DNA of 64,000 bases from Candidatus Shapirobacteria bacterium. GTDB lineage: Bacteria > Patescibacteriota > Microgenomatia > UBA12405. A program made the position numbers and the translations under genes. Shown here one piece after another: positions 45,932 to 54,424 of this stretch (the stretch's first letter is position 1; each line of letters starts with the position of its first letter). The stretch covers positions 7,570-71,569 of the forward strand of contig JAQVSI010000001.1 of assembly GCA_028700625.1 (NCBI GenBank), read 5' to 3'. The notes below the pieces were generated by a model. It was not told the origin of the DNA and did no database searches. It was given only the letters and a program-made list of their open reading frames with translations.

Positions 45932-47662
45932 ATGACGTCAAACTTTTCCACTATAAAAATTGCTGGTCCTGCTGGTTCTGGCATTAAATCTGCCGGTCAA
46001 CTTTTTTCCAAATTTTTAATTGATCATAGTTTTAATTTGGTCGATTATAGTGAATATCCATCTCTGGTTCGTGGTGGTCACAATACTTATCAAATTACTT
46101 TTTCCGACGAAAAAGTTTTTTCCACTCATTTTAATGTGGATCTATTTTTTTCTGTCTATCCAAATCATTGGCAACAACACTTAGAAGAATTTACTAAAGA
46201 TACTTTAATTTTTTCTGATGAGGATTTCTCTAAAGTCAAAACTAAAGCTAAGTTTTTACGTCTGCCTTTAAAAGATATGGCCACTGAAGTTGGTAGTCTT
46301 TTAGTTGTTAATACACTTTGTCTAGGAGTAGCTGCTTATCTTTATGATTTAGATACTACTCTCATTAAAGATCTTATTTGTGAAACTTACGGTAAACACG
46401 GTGACTTAAACTGTAATGCTTTTAATATTGCTTATCAATATGCATTTAAAAACTTTTTTAAGTTTCAAATTAAAATAAAAAAACCAAGCAAAAAGATAAA
46501 AATGGGTTTTTATGACGGTAACGAAGCTTTTGGTTGGGGATTTATCAAGGGTGGTGGCATTTTTTATTCCGCTTATCCAATGACTCCAGCCACCGGTGCT
46601 CTCCATTTTTTGGCTGCCAAACAAACAGAATATAAATTAACAGTAATCCATCCAGAAGATGAAATTTCTTCAGCTAACATGGCTGCTGGTGCTGCTTTCA
46701 CTGGGGCTCGTAGTGCCACAGGCACTTCAGGTGGTGGTTTTGCTCTCATGAATGAAGCTATCAGTTTCTGTGGAATTACTGAAATTGGTATGGTTTATTA
46801 TTTAGTATCAAGACCAGGTCCAGCCACTGGCCTTCCAACGTGGACAAGTCAAGGAGATCTTCTTCATGCTATCTATTCTGGTCATGGTGAATTTCCCAAA
46901 GTTGTTCTTGCTCCAGGAGATCTCGATGAATCTTTTGAATTAAGCCATACTGCTCTTGATCTAGCTGCTCATCTCCAAACTCCAATAATAGTTTTAAGCG
47001 ATAAATTAATCGGTGAATCAAGTGGTAGTACTAATTATTTCCCAGAAATGGAAGTAAAAATTGATAAGGGTGAAATTCTAAATGAAATTGAAGATGAAGA
47101 TTATAAAAGATATGCTTTCACTAAAAACGGCATTTCTCCACTTTCTCTTCCAGGCACTCCAAATGGTGAATTTTTATCCAACAGCTATGAACATGACGAA
47201 TATGGTTTTGCCACAGAAGATGCTAATCTTTCAGAAAAAATGTCTAAAAAGAGAATGTTAAAAAATAAAGTTGCTTTAACTATTTGTCCAAAAGCTAATT
47301 TTTTTGGATCTAAAAAAGCCAAAAAATTAATTATTGCCTGGGGTTCTCCCAAAGGAGCTATTCTTGAAGCCTTAAAATTAATAGAAAATAAAGAAGATTT
47401 TGCTTTTTTACAATTAAAAACTCTCTGGCCAATTAATCCTGAAATTAAAACTATTATTAATGCTTTTAAAGAAATTATTGTTATAGAAAACAATGGTACT
47501 AGCCAACTAGTTACTCTTCTTAAATCTCAATTCGATTTTAATCCAACTAGAATAATCAATAAAAACAATGGCCGTCCTTTCTTTCCAGAAGAAATCATTA
47601 AATTATTAAAAAGTTATCCTGTCAAAGGAAATGCACGCAGGGCAGAGGGTTTAAAACTATGA
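45932..47662 (+). CDS. 2-oxoacid:ferredoxin oxidoreductase alpha subunit (fused gamma-alpha, KorA-like); C-terminal residues encoded by a repeat copy
   Basis: N-terminal gamma-like IKIAGPAGSGIKSAGQLF; alpha domain GNEAFGWGFIKGGGIFYSAYPMTPAT. Confidence 0.7.
   Translation: MTSNFSTIKIAGPAGSGIKSAGQLFSKFLIDHSFNLVDYSEYPSLVRGGHNTYQITFSDEKVFSTHFNVDLFFSVYPNHWQQHLEEFTKDTLIFSDEDFSKVKTKAKFLRLPLKDMATEVGSLLVVNTLCLGVAAYLYDLDTTLIKDLICETYGKHGDLNCNAFNIAYQYAFKNFFKFQIKIKKPSKKIKMGFYDGNEAFGWGFIKGGGIFYSAYPMTPATGALHFLAAKQTEYKLTVIHPEDEISSANMAAGAAFTGARSATGTSGGGFALMNEAISFCGITEIGMVYYLVSRPGPATGLPTWTSQGDLLHAIYSGHGEFPKVVLAPGDLDESFELSHTALDLAAHLQTPIIVLSDKLIGESSGSTNYFPEMEVKIDKGEILNEIEDEDYKRYAFTKNGISPLSLPGTPNGEFLSNSYEHDEYGFATEDANLSEKMSKKRMLKNKVALTICPKANFFGSKKAKKLIIAWGSPKGAILEALKLIENKEDFAFLQLKTLWPINPEIKTIINAFKEIIVIENNGTSQLVTLLKSQFDFNPTRIINKNNGRPFFPEEIIKLLKSYPVKGNARRAEGLKL
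47617..47656. repeat. Palindromic element, copy 10, forming the last ~13 codons of the oxidoreductase alpha subunit (..PVKGNARRAEGLKL*)
   Basis: TCCTGTCAAAGGAAATGCACGCAGGGCAGAGGGTTTAAAA. Confidence 0.65.
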
Positions 47663-48282
47663 ATATTAATTATCGCTCAAAAATTGTTCCCACTTAGTGT
47701 CCAGGTTGTCATAACTTTTTAGTTTTTTCAGCTATTCAAACTGCTTTTAATTCTCTTAATTTAAAATCTTCCGATGTTGTCATGAATTACGATATTGGTT
47801 GTGTTGGTAATATGGCTGATTTCTTTAAAACTTATGGTGTTCATACTCTTCATGGTCGATCTATTGCTGTCGCTATGGGTGAAAAATTAATCAATCCAAA
47901 TCTTATGGTTTGTGTTATTGCTGGTGATGGTGGTGCTTACGGTGAAGGTTTAAACCATTTAATCGCCGCTGCCAGGGCCAACATTGATATTAAAGTTTTT
48001 GTTTCTAATAATTTTCTTTACAGTTTAACCACTGGTCAGACCAGTCCTACCACTCCCAAAGGTGCTCGCACAAAATCAACTCCACTTGGTAATTTAAACG
48101 AACCAATCAATATAATAGAGTTACTCAAAACTATTAACCCTAATATTTTTGCCAAATCAGTCGATGCTAAAAATATTTCTGAAGTTACCAAAAGAATAAA
48201 AGAAGCTCTTGAATTTAAAGGCTTTGCTTTTGTTGAAACCCTCCAGGAATGTGTCGCTTTTGGTAAACAATTAAAAAGCTAA
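47659..48282 (+). pseudogene. 2-oxoacid:ferredoxin oxidoreductase beta (TPP-binding) subunit with an in-frame TAG at 47695-47697 replacing the conserved Trp of the WCPGCG motif
   Basis: ATG at 47659 overlaps the alpha stop (ATGA); reads MNINYRSKIVPT-TAG-CPGCHNF..; downstream GDGGAYGEGLNHLIAAARANIDIKVFVSNNFLYSLTTGQTSPTTPKG is the TPP-binding signature. Internal ATG at 47782 would give a truncated product. Confidence 0.55.
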
Positions 48283-48283
48283 A

Positions 48284-49036
48284 TTAGTTCTTTTTCGCAA
48301 TTATTGTCATAAATAATGGAAATTCTTTTCTAGCTCTGTCTTCAACTTTAGCGTTAGATCCGGTGCTTTTTTTATCACTTATCCATTCTTCTATTTTTTC
48401 AATACAAAATCCGTTGTCAAAAAGCATTTCACTATAAGCTGATAAAGGATAATGATAAGACCAAGTATTTTCACTTTTTATTTTTCCCGGATGAGCTAAA
48501 ATTGGAATTTCTAGAGGTGTAGTATAACTATCAATTCGACGATATTGAATCTTTCCATTACTTATATCTTCACCCCAACTACTATGGCGGGGGATCCTAA
48601 ACACTGGATGATTTAAAACAATTACTAATTTGCCATCTTTTTTCAAGTGTTTTGAAAAATTTTTAATCACTCCAAAAGCTTTTTTAATATTTTGTAATGC
48701 TAAAACAATAGCTCCACTATCAAAATTAGTTTTACTAATTGGTAAATCTTTACTTACGTCGGCAATTAAAAATTTATGTTCTTTATTAATTTTTTTTTCA
48801 TTGGCTTCTCTAATCAAATTGCTGGCCAAATCAATTCCTATATATTCAATTTTTTCATTCATATTTCTTTCCAAAATTCCCTGTCCACAGGCTAAATCCA
48901 AAAGAGATTCATTATCTTTTAAATTTAAAATTCGCCTTAAATTTGGCATTATTATATGTTGGTGGTAATAATGACCTTCGTCTCCAACAGTGTTGTTGTA
49001 CCACTTACTTACTTTTTGCCAAGAGCTGTTTTGCAT
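48284..49036 (-). CDS. Class I SAM-dependent methyltransferase
   Basis: LLDLACGQGIL motif I; acidic motif II region. Confidence 0.65.
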   Translation of the reverse strand: MQNSSWQKVSKWYNNTVGDEGHYYHQHIIMPNLRRILNLKDNESLLDLACGQGILERNMNEKIEYIGIDLASNLIREANEKKINKEHKFLIADVSKDLPISKTNFDSGAIVLALQNIKKAFGVIKNFSKHLKKDGKLVIVLNHPVFRIPRHSSWGEDISNGKIQYRRIDSYTTPLEIPILAHPGKIKSENTWSYHYPLSAYSEMLFDNGFCIEKIEEWISDKKSTGSNAKVEDRARKEFPLFMTIIAKKN

Positions 49037-49064
49037 GTCTGAATTTTAGCATTATAATGAAACC

Positions 49065-49709
49065 ATGAAAACAAAAAAACTTTCAATTATTTTTCCTATT
49101 ATTTTAATTTTATTTTCTTTTGTCGTCGCTATTTATTTTTATCCAATTCTTCCACCTCAAGTTGCCACTCATTGGGGAATAAATAGTCAACCAAATGGTT
49201 ATTCTTCAAAAGCTTTTGGTTTATTTTTTATGCCGATTTTATCAGTTTTCTTGTTTTTTATTTTTATTTTTTTGCCAAAAATAGATCCTTATAAAAAGAA
49301 CTTTAGTCAATTTCAAAACTATTTTCAAATTTTTATTAATCTAATTTTTGCCTTTTTCTTTTATATTTATTTAACTACCATCATTTGGAATTTAGGTATT
49401 AGTTTTAATATGATGCAAGTTCTTTCTCCAGCTTTTGCTATTCTTTTTTATTATGCCGGAGTTTTAATGACTCATGCTAAACAAAATTGGTTTGTTGGAA
49501 TCCGTACTCCTTGGACTATGTCTAATGAAAAAGTTTGGGATAAAACTCATCAGCTCGGTGGTAAATTATTTAAAATAGTCGGGTTTTTAAATCTTTTGAG
49601 CTTACCTTTTCCTCAATTTTCTGTCTTTTTTATTTTAGTTCCAATTTTAATCGTTACGGTTTTCATTTTTGCCTATTCTTATTGGGAATATAGAAAAATC
49701 GTTATATAA
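49065..49709 (+). CDS. SdpI/YhfL-family membrane protein (DUF1648 plus SdpI-like)
   Basis: WFVGIRTPWTMSNEKVWDKTHQLGG resembles the SdpI family motif. Confidence 0.5.
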   Translation: MKTKKLSIIFPIILILFSFVVAIYFYPILPPQVATHWGINSQPNGYSSKAFGLFFMPILSVFLFFIFIFLPKIDPYKKNFSQFQNYFQIFINLIFAFFFYIYLTTIIWNLGISFNMMQVLSPAFAILFYYAGVLMTHAKQNWFVGIRTPWTMSNEKVWDKTHQLGGKLFKIVGFLNLLSLPFPQFSVFFILVPILIVTVFIFAYSYWEYRKIVI

Positions 49710-49716
49710 TACAAGA

Positions 49717-50475
49717 GTGATTATTATTAAAACTCTAGAACAAATTGAAGGCATCCGAAAATCGTCAAAATTGGCAGCCCTTACTTTAGAATATCTTTCT
49801 AAAATTATTAAAGCAGGTGTTTCCACTGAAAAATTAAATGAACTTGGTCATAAGTTCATTGTCGACCATCATTCCATTCCTGCTCCTCTAAATTACAGTG
49901 GTTTTCCTAAAAGTATTTGTACTTCTATTAATAACGTTGTTTGTCATGGTATTCCATCAGTAGATGAAATTTTAAAAGAAGGAGACATTATAAATATTGA
50001 TGTTACGACTATTTTAAATGGCTATTACGGTGATGTTTCTGCTTCTTTTCCTGTTGGAAAAATTAGTAAAGAAGCTCAAAATTTAATTAATATTACTAAA
50101 AAATGTCTCAATGACTCTATAAAATGCCTTAAACCTGGCAAATTATTAAATGATTGTGTTGGTAAAATTATCGAGCCTATCGCTAAAAAAAATAATTATA
50201 GTATTGTTCGCGAACTTGGTGGTCATGGAGTCGGTATCAGTTTTCATGAAGATCCTTTCGTTTACCACTTCGACACTAGTCAGGAAAAAGTAGTGTTAAA
50301 AGAGGGGATGATTTTCACTATTGAACCAATGGTTAATGCTTCTCCAAATTCCAAAATTACTCTCGATCGTAATGACGGCTGGACCATTCGCACTCTTGAT
50401 GGTTCTAATTCCGCCCAATTCGAACATACAGTTTTAATTACTAAAAATGGATCAGAAATATTAACAACTTTATAA
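49717..50475 (+). CDS. map: Methionine aminopeptidase type I
   Basis: Metal-ligand residues (VCHGIPS, NIDVT..GYYGD, HGVG, TIEPM, EHTVLIT). Start proposed at GTG 49717 (MIIIKTLEQIEGIRKS) directly after the upstream stop; the annotated ATG 49669 would overlap the preceding gene by 40 nt. Confidence 0.75.
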   Translation: MIIIKTLEQIEGIRKSSKLAALTLEYLSKIIKAGVSTEKLNELGHKFIVDHHSIPAPLNYSGFPKSICTSINNVVCHGIPSVDEILKEGDIINIDVTTILNGYYGDVSASFPVGKISKEAQNLINITKKCLNDSIKCLKPGKLLNDCVGKIIEPIAKKNNYSIVRELGGHGVGISFHEDPFVYHFDTSQEKVVLKEGMIFTIEPMVNASPNSKITLDRNDGWTIRTLDGSNSAQFEHTVLITKNGSEILTTL

Positions 50476-50483
50476 TTTTGTAC

Positions 50484-50505
50484 GGGCGGACTAATGTGTC
50501 CGCCC
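50484..50505 (+). terminator. GC-rich hairpin (GGGCGGAC-TAATGT-GTCCGCCC) after map; weak T-tail
   Basis: 8-bp perfect stem; only a TT after the stem, so terminator function is uncertain. Confidence 0.4.
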
Positions 50506-50520
50506 TTAATATAATCAATT

Positions 50521-51351
50521 ATGCAAATTTTAGATGGCAAAAAACTTTCAGAAAAAATTCTAAATGACTTGTCGTCAGAAATTAGAAATTTAGATATTAA
50601 ACCAACTCTAGATATTATTATCGTTGGCAACGATCTTTCCAGTCAAAAATATGTGGAAATGAAGCAACAAAAAGCCGAATCTATCGGTATTGGCGGAAAC
50701 ATTCATCAACTAGATCAAAACTCTACCACAGAAGCTGTTTTAGCTCTAATTGATAAATTAAATCAAGACAATTTAGTTACTTCTTTTATGGTTCAGCTTC
50801 CGCTTCCATCGCAAATTGATACCGAAAAAGTTTTATCCCAAATTAATCCTAAAAAAGATGCTGATGGTCTTAGTCCTTTTAATCTGGGTCTTCTTTTCCA
50901 AAAAAAATCAAGTGGAATTGTTTCTGCCACGGCTCTAGGAATTATTAAATTATTAGAAGAGTATCAAATTGATGTCAGCGGTAAAAACGCGGTAATAATT
51001 GGTCGTAGTCCAGAAGTATCAATTCCATTATTTGCCTCACTTATGGCAAAAAATGTAACAGTAACCATCTGTCACACCTCCACTCAAAATTTACCAGAAA
51101 TTTGTAAAAATGCCGATATTTTAATTTCATCTATTGGTAAGGCAAAGTTTGTCAATAAAAACTTTATTAAAGAGGGTGCTGTTATTATTGATGTTGGTTT
51201 TAGTATTGATTCAAATGGTTCTCTTTCTGGTGATTTTGATTTTGATCAAGTTGCTCCGATTTCTAGTTTTATCACTCCAGTTCCTGGCGGTGTCGGCCCT
51301 ATGACCATCGCTTCACTTCTTTCTAATACCGTCCAAATTGCTAAAAAATAA
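50521..51351 (+). CDS. folD: Bifunctional methylenetetrahydrofolate dehydrogenase/cyclohydrolase
   Basis: MQILDGKKLSEKI start; NAD(P)-binding and catalytic-region pattern; 276 aa. Confidence 0.8.
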   Translation: MQILDGKKLSEKILNDLSSEIRNLDIKPTLDIIIVGNDLSSQKYVEMKQQKAESIGIGGNIHQLDQNSTTEAVLALIDKLNQDNLVTSFMVQLPLPSQIDTEKVLSQINPKKDADGLSPFNLGLLFQKKSSGIVSATALGIIKLLEEYQIDVSGKNAVIIGRSPEVSIPLFASLMAKNVTVTICHTSTQNLPEICKNADILISSIGKAKFVNKNFIKEGAVIIDVGFSIDSNGSLSGDFDFDQVAPISSFITPVPGGVGPMTIASLLSNTVQIAKK

Positions 51352-51370
51352 ATTTTGTTATAATTAATTC

Positions 51371-51613
51371 ATGAAAATACAACTTTTTGATCGTGGAACT
51401 CCACAAGGTAAACAGTTATTTTCCAATATCGAAGAAGTTTGTAAACGTCTTCAAATCGATTATGATCCCGAATATGTAAAAGACATGTCACGTGTAATAA
51501 ACATGGGTCTTCAGGGTAAAACTATTCTTTTAATCAATGGGGAAATTGCTTTTATGGACAAATATCCATCAGTCAGAGAATTAGAAACCATTATTTCCGA
51601 TTTTCAAAAATAA
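51371..51613 (+). CDS. Hypothetical small protein (80 aa)
   Basis: ORF only. Confidence 0.3.
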   Translation: MKIQLFDRGTPQGKQLFSNIEEVCKRLQIDYDPEYVKDMSRVINMGLQGKTILLINGEIAFMDKYPSVRELETIISDFQK

Positions 51614-51617
51614 ACCT

Positions 51618-51827
51618 ATGTTCATAAAAAAAATTTTTCGACATATTTCTAAAAACAAACTATTTTTTACTATTTTGGAAGCAGTTACTTTTGTCACAAT
51701 CTGGAGGGGAACTTGGGGTCTTTTAGATAAATATTTATTTCCAAACTCTCCTCAAACTAGCTATTTAACCTCAATTTCTATTGGTATTCTTCTTCTTGTT
51801 ATTTTTAAAGATAAATTAATCGATTGA
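51618..51827 (+). CDS. Hypothetical small membrane protein (69 aa)
   Basis: ORF plus hydrophobic segment. Confidence 0.25.
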   Translation: MFIKKIFRHISKNKLFFTILEAVTFVTIWRGTWGLLDKYLFPNSPQTSYLTSISIGILLLVIFKDKLID

Positions 51828-52535
51828 AAATAGTATTTTAGCATTCGCGTCAATTATTTTTTCTGTTTCTTCAAAACTCATTCCCCAAATTTCTGCTACC
51901 TTTTTATAAACATATTCCACATTTTTTGGACTGTTAATTTCACCTCTAAATGGCACTGGTGTTAAGTAAGGGCAATCAGTCTCTAAAATTAACCTATCTT
52001 TAGGTATATTTTTAACTATTTCCACAAGTCCATCCTCATAAGTCAAATTTCCATCAATTCCAAAATACCAATTTTCTCCCAAATCAATTATTTTTTTAAT
52101 TCTTTTATTTCCTCCGGCATAGCAATGAAAAACTCCCGATAAATTTTTATATTCTTTTAATATTTCTACAGTTTCATCAACCGCTTTTCTTGCATGAATT
52201 ATTAGAGGTAATTTATATTTTTGTGCCAATTCAACTTGTTTCTTAAAAACAATAATTTGTTTTTCTTTATCAAAATCACTAGAAAAGTCTAATCCACATT
52301 CACCAATCGCTACAATTTTTTTATAATTTTCGTCAACTAATTTTTTCAGTTCAGCAGGGGAATCTTGATTTTCCATTGGGTGTATTCCCAAACTAGCTAA
52401 AAGTTTTTCAGGATATTTTTCACCTAAAATAAGGTTATTTTTTGAGTCTTTCATACCAGAAGCAGCTAAAATAATCTTATCTACCCCCCTATCAATGTCG
52501 CACAATGTATCTAAGTGAGCATGTGTATCAATCAT
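51816..52535 (-). CDS. tatD: TatD family metal-dependent hydrolase/DNase
   Basis: MIDTHAHLD start motif, 239 aa; directly downstream of metG as in many bacteria. Confidence 0.8.
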   Translation of the reverse strand: MIDTHAHLDTLCDIDRGVDKIILAASGMKDSKNNLILGEKYPEKLLASLGIHPMENQDSPAELKKLVDENYKKIVAIGECGLDFSSDFDKEKQIIVFKKQVELAQKYKLPLIIHARKAVDETVEILKEYKNLSGVFHCYAGGNKRIKKIIDLGENWYFGIDGNLTYEDGLVEIVKNIPKDRLILETDCPYLTPVPFRGEINSPKNVEYVYKKVAEIWGMSFEETEKIIDANAKILFSID

Positions 52536-52536
52536 C

Positions 52537-53943
52537 TTATTTTATTCTCGGAAATAAAGACTCATTTAATGGTTTTACTTCATTTTTAAAACAATTTTCA
52601 ATTTTTTTGGCCACTTTCGGGCATAAAATTTGCAAGTGGAAGGCAGCCTTTCTTATATTTTTGATACATTCATCTAATACTGCAATTCTCTCTGGATTTT
52701 CCTTTTCTAACTTCCATGGTGTAGTTTGATTCAGTTTTAAATTTGAAGTGTCAATCCATTTATTAAAAATTAAACCGAAAGCTTCGTCCAAATCAAGATT
52801 ATTAATCAAATTTTCAAACTCAATATCAAAAGTAATTTCTTCATCTATTGTTTTTTGACCTTCAGCTAATTTTGCCACTCTAGAAACTAAATTTCCTAAA
52901 TTATTAGCTAAATCAGCATTATATTTTTCCTTAAATCGATTAATTCCAACATCTGAATCATTTTTAGAAGGAAAAGATCTAACAATTAAATATTTAGTTC
53001 CCTCAACTCCAAATAGATCGATTAACTGTTGTGGTGAAATTACATTACCTAAAGATTTAGACATTTTTTGTCCATCAATCATGTAAAAACTATGAGTGTA
53101 TGTTTTTTTAGGCAATTCAATTTTTGCTGAAAGAAGCATTGCTTGCCAAATAACGGTGTGAAACCACAAAATTTCTTTTCCAAGTAAATGTAAATCAGCT
53201 GGCCAGAAATCTTTTTTACCATCCACAAACTGGGTGGCACTAAAATAATTTATTAAAGCGTCAATCCACACATAAACGGTTTGTTTTGCATCCCAAGGGG
53301 TTGAAATTCCCCATTCTACATTTTCTCTTGAAATTGAAACATCTTTAACTCCAGATTTAAGTTTTGTCAATATTTCCGATCTTTTACCTTCTGGAAAAAT
53401 ATAATTACTTTCATTATTTTCAATTAATTTAATAATCTCGGGAATATATTTAGTCAATTTAAAAAACCAATTTTCTTCACTTTTAAAAACAGTTTTTTCT
53501 GGTGGGTGAAGAGGACATTTGTTATCGACTAAATCAGTTTCGGTTAAAAATTTTTCACAGCCAACACAATACAAACCTTCATATTTAGCTTTATAAACAT
53601 CATTATTATTGTAAATTTTTTGCAAAATTTCACCAACCACTTTCTTGTGTCGTTCATCAGTTGTTCTAATGAAAAAATCAAAACTAATGTCTAAATTTTT
53701 CCAAGCTGCTTCAAATCTTGGGGAAATTTTATCGCAGTAAACCTTAACTTCTAGTCCTTCTTTTAAAGCTGTTTCTGCTACTTTTTGGCCATGCTCATCA
53801 GTTCCAGTTAAAAAGAAAACATTTTCTCCTTTTGCTCGATGAAATCTAGCCACTACATCAGCAGCCACTGTTGTACAAGTATGACCAATATGAGGAATAT
53901 CATTTATGTAATAAATTGGGGTTGTTATAAAAAAATTTTTCAT
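52537..53943 (-). CDS. metG: Methionyl-tRNA synthetase (short form)
   Basis: ITTPIYYINDIPHIGH (HIGH), KMSKS, Cys-knuckle CVGCEKF. Confidence 0.85.
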   Translation of the reverse strand: MKNFFITTPIYYINDIPHIGHTCTTVAADVVARFHRAKGENVFFLTGTDEHGQKVAETALKEGLEVKVYCDKISPRFEAAWKNLDISFDFFIRTTDERHKKVVGEILQKIYNNNDVYKAKYEGLYCVGCEKFLTETDLVDNKCPLHPPEKTVFKSEENWFFKLTKYIPEIIKLIENNESNYIFPEGKRSEILTKLKSGVKDVSISRENVEWGISTPWDAKQTVYVWIDALINYFSATQFVDGKKDFWPADLHLLGKEILWFHTVIWQAMLLSAKIELPKKTYTHSFYMIDGQKMSKSLGNVISPQQLIDLFGVEGTKYLIVRSFPSKNDSDVGINRFKEKYNADLANNLGNLVSRVAKLAEGQKTIDEEITFDIEFENLINNLDLDEAFGLIFNKWIDTSNLKLNQTTPWKLEKENPERIAVLDECIKNIRKAAFHLQILCPKVAKKIENCFKNEVKPLNESLFPRIK

Positions 53944-54028
53944 TTTAGTTTAAAAAACAAAAAAGAGTATCTCTTAGATACTCTTCATTTTGCCACATTA
54001 TTTGGATAAATCCAAATCTCTGTGGCTA

Positions 54029-54349
54029 TTACATTTTTTTGTTAGATTTTTTAGTCACTTTTTTGACTATTTTTTTAGTTGGTTTTTTCTTAGCCACAAC
54101 TTTTTTTACAACTTCAATCCCAACTTTTTTTGAGTAGTTAGATTTAAGTCTGTCAGATTTATTTTTATGAAATAAATTCTTTTTAACAGCTTTATCTAAA
54201 ATAGAATAAACTTCTTTTAAACCATCATTAGTTGGTTTAGCTAAAAACTTTTTAATAATAGTTTTTAACTGATTTTTAAAAGAAACATTATCCTTATTAT
54301 TTTTTAAGGATTTTCTTAATGATTTTTTTGCAGATAAACTAATTGGCAT
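54029..54349 (-). CDS. rpsT: 30S ribosomal protein S20 with Lys-rich C-terminal extension
   Basis: MPISLSAKKSLRKS N-terminus and LFHKNKSDRLKS motif resemble S20. Confidence 0.6.
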   Translation of the reverse strand: MPISLSAKKSLRKSLKNNKDNVSFKNQLKTIIKKFLAKPTNDGLKEVYSILDKAVKKNLFHKNKSDRLKSNYSKKVGIEVVKKVVAKKKPTKKIVKKVTKKSNKKM

Positions 54350-54424
54350 GAGCAGTATTTTATCTTATCTTTTTCCTATTTACAACCATATATAACTAGT
54401 TAATAATCAGATATAATTCAAATC

